64,000 nucleotides of DNA from an uncultured Clostridia bacterium (GTDB lineage Bacteria; Bacillota; Clostridia; Christensenellales; HGM11417), in NCBI GenBank assembly GCA_944332455.1, contig CALVJY010000001.1:77872-141871 (forward strand). Direction: 5' to 3'. Positions within the stretch are counted from its first letter, which is position 1. Every line of letters begins with the position of its first letter. Shown one piece after another: positions 36,610-46,974 of this stretch. The notes beneath the pieces were generated by a model. The model did not search any database. It was not told the DNA's origin and saw only the letters and a program-made list of their open reading frames with translations. The translations under genes were made by a program, and so were the position numbers.

Positions 36610-38805
36610 TCAGCTGAGGTTGGAGGGATTGATCTCCAGAAATTTGACCACTTTCCGGTCGGAATCCTGGTCCAGCGCGGCGTAGATCGCCTGTTCGATC
36701 TCCTCGGCCCGATCGGGGCGGACCCGCATCAGCACCTGGTAGCGGAAGTTGTTCTTGATCCGCCGGACCGGGGACTTCATGCGGTTGAAGTAGATGAACT
36801 CCTCGGGCATGGACTGCCGCAGCGCCTCCAGCCGGGCATAGATGCCCTTCAGGCTCTCCACCGCCGCCTCCTCGAGGTCGGACTGCACCATGACCCTTAA
36901 GATGACCGCGAAGGGGGGAAACTGCGCGGCCTCGCGCACGGCGATCTCCCGCCGGTAAAAGCCCTTGTAGTCGTAGTCCCGCACCAGCCGGTACAGGTAG
37001 TGGTGGGGGGTGTGGGTCTGAAGCAGCACCCGGCCGGGATAGCCGGCCCGGCCGGCCCGGCCCGCCACCTGGCAGATCAGGGAAAAGGTCCGCTCGCCGC
37101 TCCGGTAATCGGACATGTACAGCCCCTGGTCGGCGTCCAGGATCCCCACCAGGGTGACCTTTTCGAAGTCGTGGCCCTTGGCGATCATCTGGGTGCCCAC
37201 CAGAATGTCGGCCTCCCCCCGGAAGAACTGCTCGGTGATCTTCAGGTGGGCCTCCTTGGTGGAGGTGGTGTCGTTGTCCATGCGGAGGATGCGGGCCTTG
37301 GGGAAGCGCTTTTGCAGTTCGCTGACGATGCGCTGGGTGCCCAGCCCCTTCTGGGTGAGGTGGGTCCCCCCGCAGTTCGGGCACTGGGTGAGCATCCGGT
37401 ACCGCGCCCCGCAGTAGTGACACTTGAGCAGTTCCTCGGCCCGGTGGTAGACCAGGCTGACGTCGCAGTGTTCGCACCGGGCCACATAGCCGCAGTCGCC
37501 GCAGATGACCGAGCTAGAAAATCCCCGGCGGTTGAGAAAGATCATGGCCTGACAGCCGGACGCCAGGGTCTCCTCCAGGGCGTCCTCCAGCTCCTGGGAG
37601 AAGGGGCCGAAGTTGCCCCGGCGGACCTCCTGCTGCATGTCCACGATCTCTAAAGGTGGCAGGGAGGCCTGGTTGGCCCGCCTCGAAAGCTCCAGAAGAT
37701 GCAGCTTTCCCTGCTCGGCCTGCCAGAAGGTCTCCACCAGCGGGGTGGCGCTCCCCAGGATCAGCGAGGCGCCGTTCTGCTCGGCCCGGCGGGCGGCCAC
37801 CTTCAGGGCGTCGTAGCGGGGAGAGCTTTCGCTCTGGTAGCTCTGCTCGTGCTGCTCGTCCACGATGATCACCCCGATGTCGGTCAGGGGGGCAAAGACG
37901 GCGCTGCGGGCGCCCACCGCCACCCGGGCCTCCCCCGAGCGCAGCCGCCACCACTCGTCGTACCGCTCCCCCGCCGAAAGGCCGCTGTGCAGAATGGCCA
38001 CCTGTTCGGAGAATTCCCCCCGGAACCGCCGCAGCACCTGGGGGGTCAGGCCGATCTCGGGGACCAGCATGACGGCGGTCTTGCCCTGCCCCAGGGCCTC
38101 CCGGATGCAGCGGATGTAGACCTCGGTCTTGCCGCTGCCGGTCACGCCGAACAGCAGGAATTTTTCTCCCGGCCGTCGGCGGATGAAGTCGAATGCCTGC
38201 TGCTGCTGATCGTTGAGGGTGATCTGCTTGGCGGCGGGCGCCATGGATTCGTAGGGCCGGCGCAGCACGGTCTTGGCCCGCTCGGCCAGAATCCCCTTGT
38301 CCAGCAGGGCCCGGATCGCCGAGTGGCCGAACAGCAGGTTGAGCTTGGCCACGTCCTCCTCCGGGCGGTCCTTCAGGTAGGCCACCGCCTCGGCCTGAGC
38401 TCTGGCCGTCTTGGAGAGCTTGGCCGCGGCCTCCTCGTAGGGCAGGGCCAGCGCGGCGGCATTCCGCTCCTTGCGGCCCACTCTGCCCCCCCGCATCTCG
38501 GCGGGGATGAACAGGCGGAGGCTCTCGGCGATCAGGATGTGGAATTTTTGGGCCATAAAAAGGGCCAGCTCTAATGTCTCGGGGGTCAGGGCGGGCAGGG
38601 GGTCCAGCTTCTGCTGGACGGCCTTCAGCTTTCCCTCGAAATCCGAACGCTCCTTGAGCTTTAGGACAAATCCCTCCATCCGCCGCCCGGCAAAGGGCAC
38701 CAGCACCCGGTCCCCCTCCCGCAGGCCGAGCTCTTCGGGCGCCTGATAATCGAACACCCGGTCGACCTCGGCGGCCAGCACGTCCACGATGACTTCGGCG
38801 ATCAT
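36610..38805 (-). CDS. priA: Primosomal protein N' helicase
   Basis: GVTGSGKT, LVPEI, four CxxC, GTQMIAKGHDF, QVAGRAGR. Confidence 0.97.
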   Translation of the reverse strand: MIAEVIVDVLAAEVDRVFDYQAPEELGLREGDRVLVPFAGRRMEGFVLKLKERSDFEGKLKAVQQKLDPLPALTPETLELALFMAQKFHILIAESLRLFIPAEMRGGRVGRKERNAAALALPYEEAAAKLSKTARAQAEAVAYLKDRPEEDVAKLNLLFGHSAIRALLDKGILAERAKTVLRRPYESMAPAAKQITLNDQQQQAFDFIRRRPGEKFLLFGVTGSGKTEVYIRCIREALGQGKTAVMLVPEIGLTPQVLRRFRGEFSEQVAILHSGLSAGERYDEWWRLRSGEARVAVGARSAVFAPLTDIGVIIVDEQHEQSYQSESSPRYDALKVAARRAEQNGASLILGSATPLVETFWQAEQGKLHLLELSRRANQASLPPLEIVDMQQEVRRGNFGPFSQELEDALEETLASGCQAMIFLNRRGFSSSVICGDCGYVARCEHCDVSLVYHRAEELLKCHYCGARYRMLTQCPNCGGTHLTQKGLGTQRIVSELQKRFPKARILRMDNDTTSTKEAHLKITEQFFRGEADILVGTQMIAKGHDFEKVTLVGILDADQGLYMSDYRSGERTFSLICQVAGRAGRAGYPGRVLLQTHTPHHYLYRLVRDYDYKGFYRREIAVREAAQFPPFAVILRVMVQSDLEEAAVESLKGIYARLEALRQSMPEEFIYFNRMKSPVRRIKNNFRYQVLMRVRPDRAEEIEQAIYAALDQDSDRKVVKFLEINPSNLS

Positions 38806-39992
38806 AGGGTGAGCACCCGGTCCAGAATGAGGTCGGCGATCTCCCGCTTGGGCAGCAGGGGGCTGTCGAACCGCTCCCCCGCGCGGGTCAGGATGCTGAC
38901 CTGGTTGGTGTCGGTCTCAAACCCCGCCCCCGCCTTGGTGACGTCGTTGGCCACGATCATGTCGGCGTTCTTGTCGGCCAGCTTTTTCTCGGCGTTTTTC
39001 AGGAGGTTGTCGGTCTCGGCGCAGAAGATGACCAGTTTCCGCTCCCCCTTGACCTTTCCGCATTCCCGGGCGATGTCGGGATTTTTGACAAACTCCAGCA
39101 CCGGCGCCCTCTCCTTGATCTTGAAGGGGATCTGCTCTTTCACCCGGTAATCGGCCGGGGCCGCCGCCTTGATGATGACGTCGGCCTCGGGCAGGCGGGC
39201 CAGAACGGCCCTTAACATGTCCTCGGTGGACTTGACCCGGACCACCTCGCAGCCGGCGGGCGGCGAGACCTTCAGGGTGCCGGCCACAAAGATCACCCTG
39301 GCTCCCCGGGCGGTTGCCGCTTCGGCCAGGGCCTTGCCCATCTTGCCGCTGGAATAGTTGCTGATGAAGCGCACCCGGTCGATGTCCTCCACCGTGGCGC
39401 CGGCCGTGACCAGCACCGTCTTCCCCTCGAAGTCCCGGCGGGGCTCCAGCAGGGCGGCGATCTCCTCCACGATGCGGGCGGGCTCGGGCAGGCGGCCCTT
39501 TCCCGAATCTCCGCAGGCCAGAAGACCCTCGTCCGGCTCCAGCACCCGCACCCCTTTGGACTTCAGGTAATCCAGCTTGTCCGTAAAGACGGGATTTTCA
39601 TACATGCCGGTGTTCATGGCCGGGCAGAGCAGGATGGGGGCCCGGGTGGCCAGCAGGGTGGTGGTCAGCAGGTCGTCGCAGACGCAGGAGGCCATTTTGC
39701 CCACCAGATTGGCCGTGGCCGGGGCCACGACGACGAGGTCGGCCCGCTTGGCCAGGGAGACGTGTTCCACCTCGAAGTGCGGGACGGGATCGAACATGCC
39801 CACCGAGACCGGGCGGTGCGAGAGGGCTTCGAAGGTTTTGGGCGCGACAAAGCGGGTGGCGTTCTCGGTCATGACGACCGCCACCTCGGCGCCCAGCTTG
39901 TGAAGTTTTGAAACCACTTCGCAGGTCTTGTAGGCGGCGATGCCGCCGCACACGCCCACGACCACCGTCCGGCCCTTCAGCATGTCAGTCAT
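38802..39992 (-). CDS. coaBC: Phosphopantothenoylcysteine decarboxylase/ligase
   Basis: GGIAAYK, PATAN, PAMN, VRFISNYSSGKMG. Confidence 0.96.
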   Translation of the reverse strand: MTDMLKGRTVVVGVCGGIAAYKTCEVVSKLHKLGAEVAVVMTENATRFVAPKTFEALSHRPVSVGMFDPVPHFEVEHVSLAKRADLVVVAPATANLVGKMASCVCDDLLTTTLLATRAPILLCPAMNTGMYENPVFTDKLDYLKSKGVRVLEPDEGLLACGDSGKGRLPEPARIVEEIAALLEPRRDFEGKTVLVTAGATVEDIDRVRFISNYSSGKMGKALAEAATARGARVIFVAGTLKVSPPAGCEVVRVKSTEDMLRAVLARLPEADVIIKAAAPADYRVKEQIPFKIKERAPVLEFVKNPDIARECGKVKGERKLVIFCAETDNLLKNAEKKLADKNADMIVANDVTKAGAGFETDTNQVSILTRAGERFDSPLLPKREIADLILDRVLTL

Positions 39993-40176
39993 TGGTGAAG
40001 GACAGCTTGCCCTCGTAAATTTCCTCGGCGGCCACGCTGATGGGTTTGATCGAGGGATCTTCCTTCAGCTGATCCGATTCGAGGATCTGGCGGGCGCGCT
40101 TGGCCGCCAGCGTGGCCAGGGTGTAGCGGTTTCCGACGATATCGACCAGTTTGTCGATGGGCGGTTGATGGATCAT
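39985..40176 (-). CDS. rpoZ: RNA polymerase omega subunit
   Basis: PPIDKL, NRYTL, AKRARQI, KPISVAAEEI. Confidence 0.93.
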   Translation of the reverse strand: MIHQPPIDKLVDIVGNRYTLATLAAKRARQILESDQLKEDPSIKPISVAAEEIYEGKLSFTND

Positions 40177-40405
40177 AACTTTTTCTCCTTTACGATTTTA
40201 GTCTTTTTTACGATTTATCTTTGAAAGTCTTTGGCTGTTTTATCCCTTGCGTTCCGCCTGCCCTTTCGGCGCTCCGGCCTTCCGGCCGATCCGGACGGCA
40301 CCGCGATCGATCCAAGCCGGCGGCCTTTCCCGGCTTTATTCCGGCAGACCGAAACAGGCAGGGCGGTAAACGCCAATTTTTTAAATTTTCAGCCGGAACG
40401 GGAAT

Positions 40406-41008
40406 TTATCTGACGATCTGCACTTCTCCGGTCCCCCGCGCGGGACGGGTCTTCTCCTCTTTGAGGATGCGCAGGATGCGCTCGGCGGCAAGGTCGGGGT
40501 CGTCGTTGACCACGGCGTAATGGTACTCGGACATATGCCCCATTTCGGCCTCGGCCGCAGCCAGACGGCGGCGGATGGCGGACTCGTTCTCGGTCTTTCG
40601 GCCGCGCAGCCGGCGCTCCAGCTGTTCAAAACTGGGGGGCAGCAGAAAGATCATCAGGGCGTCCGGGCACTTCTGCTTGACGGCCAACGCCCCCTGCACG
40701 TCGATCTCCAGCAGGACGTCCAGCCCCTCGTTCAGCTTTTTCTCCACGGCCTCCCGGGGGGTGCCGTAGCGGTTGCCGTAGATCTCGAAGTGCTCCAGAA
40801 ATTTGTCTTCTTTTTCCATGGCGTCGAACTGCGCGTCGGTCAGGTAGTAGTAGTTGACGCCCTCGGCCTCCCCCGGGCGCATCTTCCGGGTGGTGGCCGA
40901 GACCGACTTGAAGACGGAGGGCGCCCGCCTGAGCAGGACGTCGCACACCGTTCCCTTTCCCACGCCGGACGGGCCGGACACCACAAACAAAAGACCAGGT
41001 TTTTTCAT
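40406..41008 (-). CDS. gmk: Guanylate kinase
   Basis: SGPSGVGKGT, SATTRKMRPGE, YGTP, LEIDVQGA. Confidence 0.96.
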   Translation of the reverse strand: MKKPGLLFVVSGPSGVGKGTVCDVLLRRAPSVFKSVSATTRKMRPGEAEGVNYYYLTDAQFDAMEKEDKFLEHFEIYGNRYGTPREAVEKKLNEGLDVLLEIDVQGALAVKQKCPDALMIFLLPPSFEQLERRLRGRKTENESAIRRRLAAAEAEMGHMSEYHYAVVNDDPDLAAERILRILKEEKTRPARGTGEVQIVR

Positions 41009-41076
41009 GTTGATTGTAACCTCGCAGAGGGGATTTCAAACAGAGCCGCCGCGCCCGGGCGCGGAACATCCGGAGG

Positions 41077-41137
41077 GCCGCAGGGCGCTTTCAGTATTCA
41101 AAGAGATTTTGGCCAAGAAGCGGTAAAAAGATCAAGC
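41077..41137 (+). repeat. Internal fragment of the rod-shaped element family
   Basis: gtattcaaagagattttggccaagaagcggtaaaaagatcaagc vs copy A gtatttcaaggagattttgggccaagtggcggaaaagatgcaagc. Confidence 0.65.
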
Positions 41138-41176
41138 GCGCCCGAAGAGCTGTCGGGCCGATATTTCGCCACCTTT

Positions 41177-41452
41177 TCAGTCCTCGGAAGAGGTCTTGCC
41201 CTCCCGGGCGGGATCGCCGTTGAGGCGGGCGGCCAGGGTCTCGGCGTTCAGCCCGCACAGGATGACCACCCCGCTGTCCGTCAGAAGGACGGCCCGGGTC
41301 TTCCGCCCGCAGGAGCAGTCCACCAGTTTTTTGGCCTCCCGGGCCTCGGACACCAGCCGCTTGCAGGGCAGGGTGTCGGGATTGAGCAGGGCCAGCACCC
41401 GTCTGGCGCTGACCAGATTGGAAAATCCGATGTTGACGAAATCAGAGGACAT
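41177..41452 (-). CDS. remA: RemA/DUF370 family protein
   Basis: NIGFSNLV, GRKTRAV; position between yicC and gmk. Confidence 0.9.
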   Translation of the reverse strand: MSSDFVNIGFSNLVSARRVLALLNPDTLPCKRLVSEAREAKKLVDCSCGRKTRAVLLTDSGVVILCGLNAETLAARLNGDPAREGKTSSED

Positions 41453-42320
41453 TCTGCACCTGCTCGCGGATCTTTTCGATCTCGGACTTCAGCTCCAGCG
41501 CCTGCGCGGTCACGGCCTGATCGTTGGACTTGGAGCAAATGGTGTTGGCCTCCCGGTTGAGCTCCTGGACCAGAAAGTCCAGCTTGCGCCCCTGGGGCTG
41601 CCCGTCGGCCAGCAGGGCCAGGCCCTGCGCGATGTGGGAGTCCAGCCGGGTCAGTTCCTCGTCGATGTTGACCCGGTCGGCGTAAAAGGTCACTTCGTTC
41701 AGCAGTCTGGCCTCGTCCACCTCCACCCCGTCCAGGATCTCGCAGACCCGCGCCTTCAGGCGGGCGCCCAGATCCTCGGCCACCTGCGGGGCCCGGGCCC
41801 GGATGCCCTCCACCAGGGAGCGGACGGTCGCAAAGCGCGCGGTCAGGTCGGCGCACAGGGCCCGGCCCTCGTTCTCCCGCATCCTGTCCAGGGCGGCCGC
41901 GGCCTCGGCCAGCGCCCCGTCCAGCAGGGCGGTCAGCTCCTCGGGGTCCTCCTCCGGGGCGGCCGGGCGGATGATCTCGGGCAGGCGGAAAAGGCCTGAG
42001 ACCGTCAGGTCGTTGGGGATCCCGCAGGCCTCGGCGGCCCGGGCGGCGGCGTCGGCGTAGCCCCGGCAGAGCCGGAGATCGACCTGCACCTCCCGGGGAA
42101 GCTCCCGCTTGTCCTCGTAGGTCAGAAAGACGTCCACCCTGCCCCGCACCAGATCCCGCTGCAAAACCTTGCGGAGGCGGTCCTCCAGAAACAGGAAGTT
42201 GCGGGGCAGTTTGCAGTTCAGGTCCAGAAAGCGGTTGTTGACCGACTTGAGCTCCACGCTCAGCGTCCGCCCCTCCCGCTCGCAGCTGCCCTTGCCGTAA
42301 CCGGTCATACTCTTCATCAT
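41442..42320 (-). CDS. yloC: YicC/YloC endoribonuclease family protein
   Basis: SMTGYG, KSVNNRFLD, GRKLDFLVQELNREANTI, IREQVQN. Confidence 0.93.
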   Translation of the reverse strand: MMKSMTGYGKGSCEREGRTLSVELKSVNNRFLDLNCKLPRNFLFLEDRLRKVLQRDLVRGRVDVFLTYEDKRELPREVQVDLRLCRGYADAAARAAEACGIPNDLTVSGLFRLPEIIRPAAPEEDPEELTALLDGALAEAAAALDRMRENEGRALCADLTARFATVRSLVEGIRARAPQVAEDLGARLKARVCEILDGVEVDEARLLNEVTFYADRVNIDEELTRLDSHIAQGLALLADGQPQGRKLDFLVQELNREANTICSKSNDQAVTAQALELKSEIEKIREQVQNVL

Positions 42321-43318
42321 TTTAACCCTCCTTTGGGGTCGGGGACGGTCCCCCGCCCCTGGTGCAGGTGATCCTCGGTGTCGGTCACCGGCCTTGTTGC
42401 GCCATGGCTTCGCACCCGCACGCCCGGCGCCTGCTCCACCCGGCCGATGACGGCGCAGGGGATCCCGGCCTCGGCCAGCGAGCGCTGCACCTCCCCGGGC
42501 TTTGGACTTACGATCAGCATACTCCCCGAGGAGATCAGCTTGAAGGGCGAAAGCCCCAGAATACTGCAAAGCTTGCGGGTGACGGGGTGGACGGGAATGG
42601 CTTCCTCCCACAGTTCGGCGCCCAGGCCGGCGGCCTGCGCCATCTCCACCGCGGCGCCGAACACCCCGCCCTCGGTCACGTCGTGCAGGGCGCTGACCGG
42701 CAGTTCCCGCAGGATCCGCCCCTCGGCCAGCACGCTGATGTTCTGCCCGATCTCCCGGGCCGTGCGCAGCTCCTCCGCGGTCATGCCCCCCCGGAGCAGC
42801 CGCTCGCCCTGCTCGGCGGCCAGGATCCCGGTGCCCTCCAGCCCCGCGGTCTTGGTCAGAAGCAGGCTTTCCCCGGGCGAAAACCGGGCGCTGGTGATCA
42901 GCCGGTCGGCCTTCCCGATCACCGTGGTCACCGTGATCAGGCGGTTGACCGCGTCGGTGAACTCGGTGTGTCCCCCGGCGATCTCCACCCCCCGCAGGGC
43001 GGCCGTGGCTTCGGCCTCCTCCATGACGGCGGCCAGCTCCTCGGGCGGCGTGCCCGGCGGGGCCAGCAGGGTCAGGATGGCGCAGACCGGCTCTCCCCCC
43101 GCCGCCGCGATGTCGTTGACCGACACCTCCACCGAAAGTTTGCCCAGCCCCGAGGAAGCCGCGGTGATGGGGTCGGAACTGGCCAGGGTGTAGCCCGACA
43201 GCTTCAGCACGGCGCAGTCCTCGGACAGGCTGCCCCCCAGCACCACCTCCTCACGGCGGTGACCCACCTTGTCGAGGATGTATTTTTTCAGTTGATCCGG
43301 CGGAAGTTTCCCGATCAT
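42317..43318 (-). CDS. AIR synthase-related (HypE/PurM-like) protein
   Basis: SSDPIT, VNDIAAAG, AGGHTE, LHDVTEGG, ISSG. Confidence 0.85.
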   Translation of the reverse strand: MIGKLPPDQLKKYILDKVGHRREEVVLGGSLSEDCAVLKLSGYTLASSDPITAASSGLGKLSVEVSVNDIAAAGGEPVCAILTLLAPPGTPPEELAAVMEEAEATAALRGVEIAGGHTEFTDAVNRLITVTTVIGKADRLITSARFSPGESLLLTKTAGLEGTGILAAEQGERLLRGGMTAEELRTAREIGQNISVLAEGRILRELPVSALHDVTEGGVFGAAVEMAQAAGLGAELWEEAIPVHPVTRKLCSILGLSPFKLISSGSMLIVSPKPGEVQRSLAEAGIPCAVIGRVEQAPGVRVRSHGATRPVTDTEDHLHQGRGTVPDPKGGLK

Positions 43319-43346
43319 GTCTGCCTCTTTTCCGTCTCTGTTTGTT

Positions 43347-44780
43347 CTAGCGCCGGCTCTCCAGCTCCTTTTGCAGCAGCTCGTTGACCAGCTTGTGGTT
43401 GGCCTTGCCCTTGGTGGCCTTCATGACCTGGCCCACGAAAAAGGCCATGGCCTTGGTGTTGCCGCCCAAAAAGTCCTTGACGGCCTGGGGGTTTTGGTCC
43501 ACCAATTCGCGGACCAGCCCGCCCAGCTCTCCGGCGTCGTTGTTCTGGGCCAGACCCTCCCGCTCCACGATGGCGGCGGGATCCTCCCCGGTCGTCCACA
43601 TCGTCTCGAAGACGTCGCGGGCGGTCTTCTGGCTGATCCTGCCCTCCCGGTAGAGGGCCAGCAGGGCGGCCAGCCCCTCGGGCCGGAGGGGGACGGGCGA
43701 TTCCTCGCCGGCCTCCTTCCGCTTGCGCAGGACCTCCCCCAGCACCCAGTTGCACAGTTCCTTTTTGTCCGGGCAGAGGGCGGCGCAGGCGTCAAAGAAG
43801 TCTGAGACCTCCTTTTCGGCCACCAGCTGGCCGGCGTCATACTCGGACAGCCCGTACTCTTCAAGATAGCGGGCCTGCCGGGCGGCCGGAAGCTCGGGCA
43901 GAGAGGCCCGCAGGGATTCGATGTAGTCTTGCTCCAGCACCACGGGCACCAGGTCGGGCTCGGGGAAATAGCGGTAGTCGTGCGCGTCCTCCTTGGTGCG
44001 CATCACAAAGGACATGCCCTTCTGATCGTCCCAGCGGCGGGTCTCCTGCTCCACCGGCTTTCCCTCGTCCAAAAGTTTGGCCTGGCGTTTGATCTCGTAG
44101 TTCATGGCCCGGAAGGCCGCCGAAAAGGAGTTGACGTTTTTCATCTCGGAGCGCACCCCGAATTCCGCCTGCCCGAAGGGCCGGAGGGAAAGGTTGACGT
44201 CGCAGCGCAGGCTGCCCTGCTCCATCTTGCAGTCCGAGACCCCGCTGTATTTCAGGATGGACTTCAGCTGTTCCAGAAAGGCCAGCGCCTCCTCGGGGGA
44301 GCGCATGTCCGGCTCGGTGACGATCTCGATCAGGGGCACCCCGCAGCGGTTGTAATCCACCAGCGTGCCCGAACCCCACTCCGAGTGCACCAGCTTTCCG
44401 GCGTCCTCCTCCAGATGGATGCGGTTGATGCGGACGCGGGAGGTCTTTTCCCCCGCCCGCACGTCCAGAAAGCCGTCCTTGCAAAAGGGCAGATCGAACT
44501 GGGAGATCTGGTAGGCCTTGGGCAGATCGGGATAAAAATAGTTCTTGCGGTCGAACTTGGAAAAGCGCTGGATCTGGCAGTTCAGGGCCAGGCCGGCCTT
44601 GACGGCGTATTCCACGGCCTGACGGTTGAGCACGGGCAGCACGCCGGGATGTCCCGAGCACACCGGACAGCAGTGGGTGTTGGGTTCCCCCCCGAACTCG
44701 TTTTTGCAGCCGCAGAAGATCTTGCTTTTTGTGGCCAGCTCGGCGTGGACCTCCAGGCCGATGACTACTTCGTAATCCAT
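43347..44780 (-). CDS. gatB: Asp/Glu-tRNA amidotransferase subunit B
   Basis: IGLEVH, FDRKNYFYPDLPK, HLEEDAGK, YRYFPEPDL. Confidence 0.97.
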   Translation of the reverse strand: MDYEVVIGLEVHAELATKSKIFCGCKNEFGGEPNTHCCPVCSGHPGVLPVLNRQAVEYAVKAGLALNCQIQRFSKFDRKNYFYPDLPKAYQISQFDLPFCKDGFLDVRAGEKTSRVRINRIHLEEDAGKLVHSEWGSGTLVDYNRCGVPLIEIVTEPDMRSPEEALAFLEQLKSILKYSGVSDCKMEQGSLRCDVNLSLRPFGQAEFGVRSEMKNVNSFSAAFRAMNYEIKRQAKLLDEGKPVEQETRRWDDQKGMSFVMRTKEDAHDYRYFPEPDLVPVVLEQDYIESLRASLPELPAARQARYLEEYGLSEYDAGQLVAEKEVSDFFDACAALCPDKKELCNWVLGEVLRKRKEAGEESPVPLRPEGLAALLALYREGRISQKTARDVFETMWTTGEDPAAIVEREGLAQNNDAGELGGLVRELVDQNPQAVKDFLGGNTKAMAFFVGQVMKATKGKANHKLVNELLQKELESRR

Positions 44781-46213
44781 TTGAAGCCCTCCGCTGTCTC
44801 AAAATACCGGGCCGCCCGCAAAAGCCGGCTCTCCTCGAAGGGGGCGGCGGCCAGATGCAGCCCGATGGGCAGCCCCTTGGAGCTTTTGCCGCAGGGCACC
44901 GAAAGGGCGGGAAGTCCGGCGATGTTGGCCGTCACGGTGTAGACGTCCGAAAGGTACATCGAGACCGGATCGGCGCTCTTTTCCCCGAACTTAAAGGCCG
45001 TGCAGGGCGAAGACGGGGAGAGAATGAGGTCGCACCCGGCAAAGGCCCGGCGATACTCCTCCTTGATCAGGGTACGCACCTTCAGCGCCTTCAGGTAGTA
45101 GGCGTCATAGTAGCCCGAGGACAGCACGTAATTGCCCAGCATGATGCGGCGCTTGACCTCGTCCCCGAAGCCCTCGGTGCGGGAGCGGAAGTAAAGATCG
45201 GTCAGGTCCTCGAATTTTTCCGCCCGCACGCCGTACTTGACGCCGTCGTAGCGGGCCAGATTGGAGGCCGCCTCGGCGCAGGCGATGATATAGTAGGCCG
45301 AAATGCCCACTTTGGAGAGCGGCATGGAGATCTTTTTGATCTCGGCCCCGCCCGCCCGGAAGACCTCGACGGCGGCCCGCACGCTCTGTTCGATCTCGGG
45401 GTCCAGCCCCTCGATGAAATACTCATCGGCCACCCCGACGCGAAGCCCCTTCACTCCCCCGTCCAGATCGGAAAAGTCGGGCAGAGGCAGGTTCTGCGAG
45501 GTGGAATCCTTGGGATCATAGCCCATGATGACCCCAAGGGCCAGGGCGGCGTCGGTCACGCTCCGGGTGAACACCCCGATCTGATCGAGGGAGGAGGCAA
45601 AGGCCACCAGCCCGTAGCGGGAGACCCGTCCGTAGGTGGGCTTGACCCCCACCGCGCCGACCAGTGCCGCGGGCTGGCGGATGGAGCCGCCGGTGTCCGA
45701 GCCCAGCGCCAGCGGAACCAGTCCTCCGGCCACCGCCGCCGCGCTCCCTCCCGAGGATCCCCCCGGCACATAGGCGGGATCGACCGGATTTTTGACCGGC
45801 CCGAAGGCCGAGGTCTCGTTGGAGGAACCCATGGCGAACTCGTCCATGTTGGTCTTGCCCACGATCACCGCGCCCGCCTCTTTCAGCCGGGTCACCACCT
45901 CGGCGTCGTAGGGCGGGACATAGTTTTTCAGCATGTTGGACGAGCAGGTGGTGGGGATATCCTTGGTGCAGATGTTGTCCTTGACCAGCACCGGGACGCC
46001 CAGAAGGGGGCCGTCCTCTCCCGCCGCCCGCCGCCGGTCGGCCTCCTCGGCGGCCCGCAGGGCCTCCTGTTCGGCCAGGTAATTCACCGCGTTCAGATCG
46101 CTCTCCCGGATGCGGGAGAGCGCCTCCTCGGCGAGGGTCCGGGCGGTGACCGCTCCGGTCCGGAGCGCCCCCGAAAGCTCGGTCAGGGTCAAAGTTTGGG
46201 TTGCCTGTTGCAT
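44765..46213 (-). CDS. gatA: Asp/Glu-tRNA amidotransferase subunit A
   Basis: KTNMDEFAMGSS, PGGSSGGS, SDTGGSIRQPA, EVKRRIMLG. Confidence 0.97.
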   Translation of the reverse strand: MQQATQTLTLTELSGALRTGAVTARTLAEEALSRIRESDLNAVNYLAEQEALRAAEEADRRRAAGEDGPLLGVPVLVKDNICTKDIPTTCSSNMLKNYVPPYDAEVVTRLKEAGAVIVGKTNMDEFAMGSSNETSAFGPVKNPVDPAYVPGGSSGGSAAAVAGGLVPLALGSDTGGSIRQPAALVGAVGVKPTYGRVSRYGLVAFASSLDQIGVFTRSVTDAALALGVIMGYDPKDSTSQNLPLPDFSDLDGGVKGLRVGVADEYFIEGLDPEIEQSVRAAVEVFRAGGAEIKKISMPLSKVGISAYYIIACAEAASNLARYDGVKYGVRAEKFEDLTDLYFRSRTEGFGDEVKRRIMLGNYVLSSGYYDAYYLKALKVRTLIKEEYRRAFAGCDLILSPSSPCTAFKFGEKSADPVSMYLSDVYTVTANIAGLPALSVPCGKSSKGLPIGLHLAAAPFEESRLLRAARYFETAEGFKWITK

Positions 46214-46453
46214 GAAAGGCTCCTTGTCGAATGGTAAATGTAGATCGCCGCGCCCCCGGAAGATCGGCCGGAAAGAAGTCTTTCCTTCCCCGGCTCTTCC
46301 TCCCAGGCGGAAAGGCCCCGAACGTTCCCGGAACGGAAGGCTCCGGAAGCGGGCCGGCCCCGGCGCTTCAAACGCCCTGCTCAAAAGAGCGGACGCGGGC
46401 GTTTTCGGCCGGAATGTAACCAGCCCGGCGCCCCGGAACACGAGGGGAAAAGC

Positions 46454-46741
46454 TTACTCCACCGTCTTGGGGACCAGGTAGGCCCCGTCCTCGGCGGCGG
46501 GCGCGGTGCGCATCAGCAGCTCGTTGTCCATGGATTCTTTCGGAAGATCCTCCCGGAAGACGTTTTGCAGGGAAAAGACGTTGGAGCAGGGCTCCACCCC
46601 CTCGGTATCCACCGAAAAGATGGATTCCACATGCTCGAGGGTGTTGTTGAACTCCTCCAGAAAGGCGGCCTTCTCCTCCTCGGAAAAGGACAGCCGGGAG
46701 AGCTTGGCGATGTGTTCGACGTCTTTGAGGTCGGCTTTCAT
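46454..46741 (-). CDS. gatC: Asp/Glu-tRNA amidotransferase subunit C
   Basis: VEHIAKLSRL, DTEGVEP, FRED, VPK; upstream of gatA. Confidence 0.93.
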   Translation of the reverse strand: MKADLKDVEHIAKLSRLSFSEEEKAAFLEEFNNTLEHVESIFSVDTEGVEPCSNVFSLQNVFREDLPKESMDNELLMRTAPAAEDGAYLVPKTVE

Positions 46742-46974
46742 GGACTCCTCCTTGCGCCCGGGATCCTCCGGGCCGGGACTTCACAGATTTTTTCATTCTA
46801 TTATACCATAAACAGCCCCCGCTTGACAAGTTTTTCCGGCCGCTTTTCAAACTTCACCCCTCCTTTCCGCCTCCTTCCCGGTTCTTTGCCCCTTTTCCCC
46901 GGAATATGCGTACGCGCCCGGCAAATTGCCGGGCGCGCAAAAAAACTGAGGATAGATAAATTTTTAGGCCATTC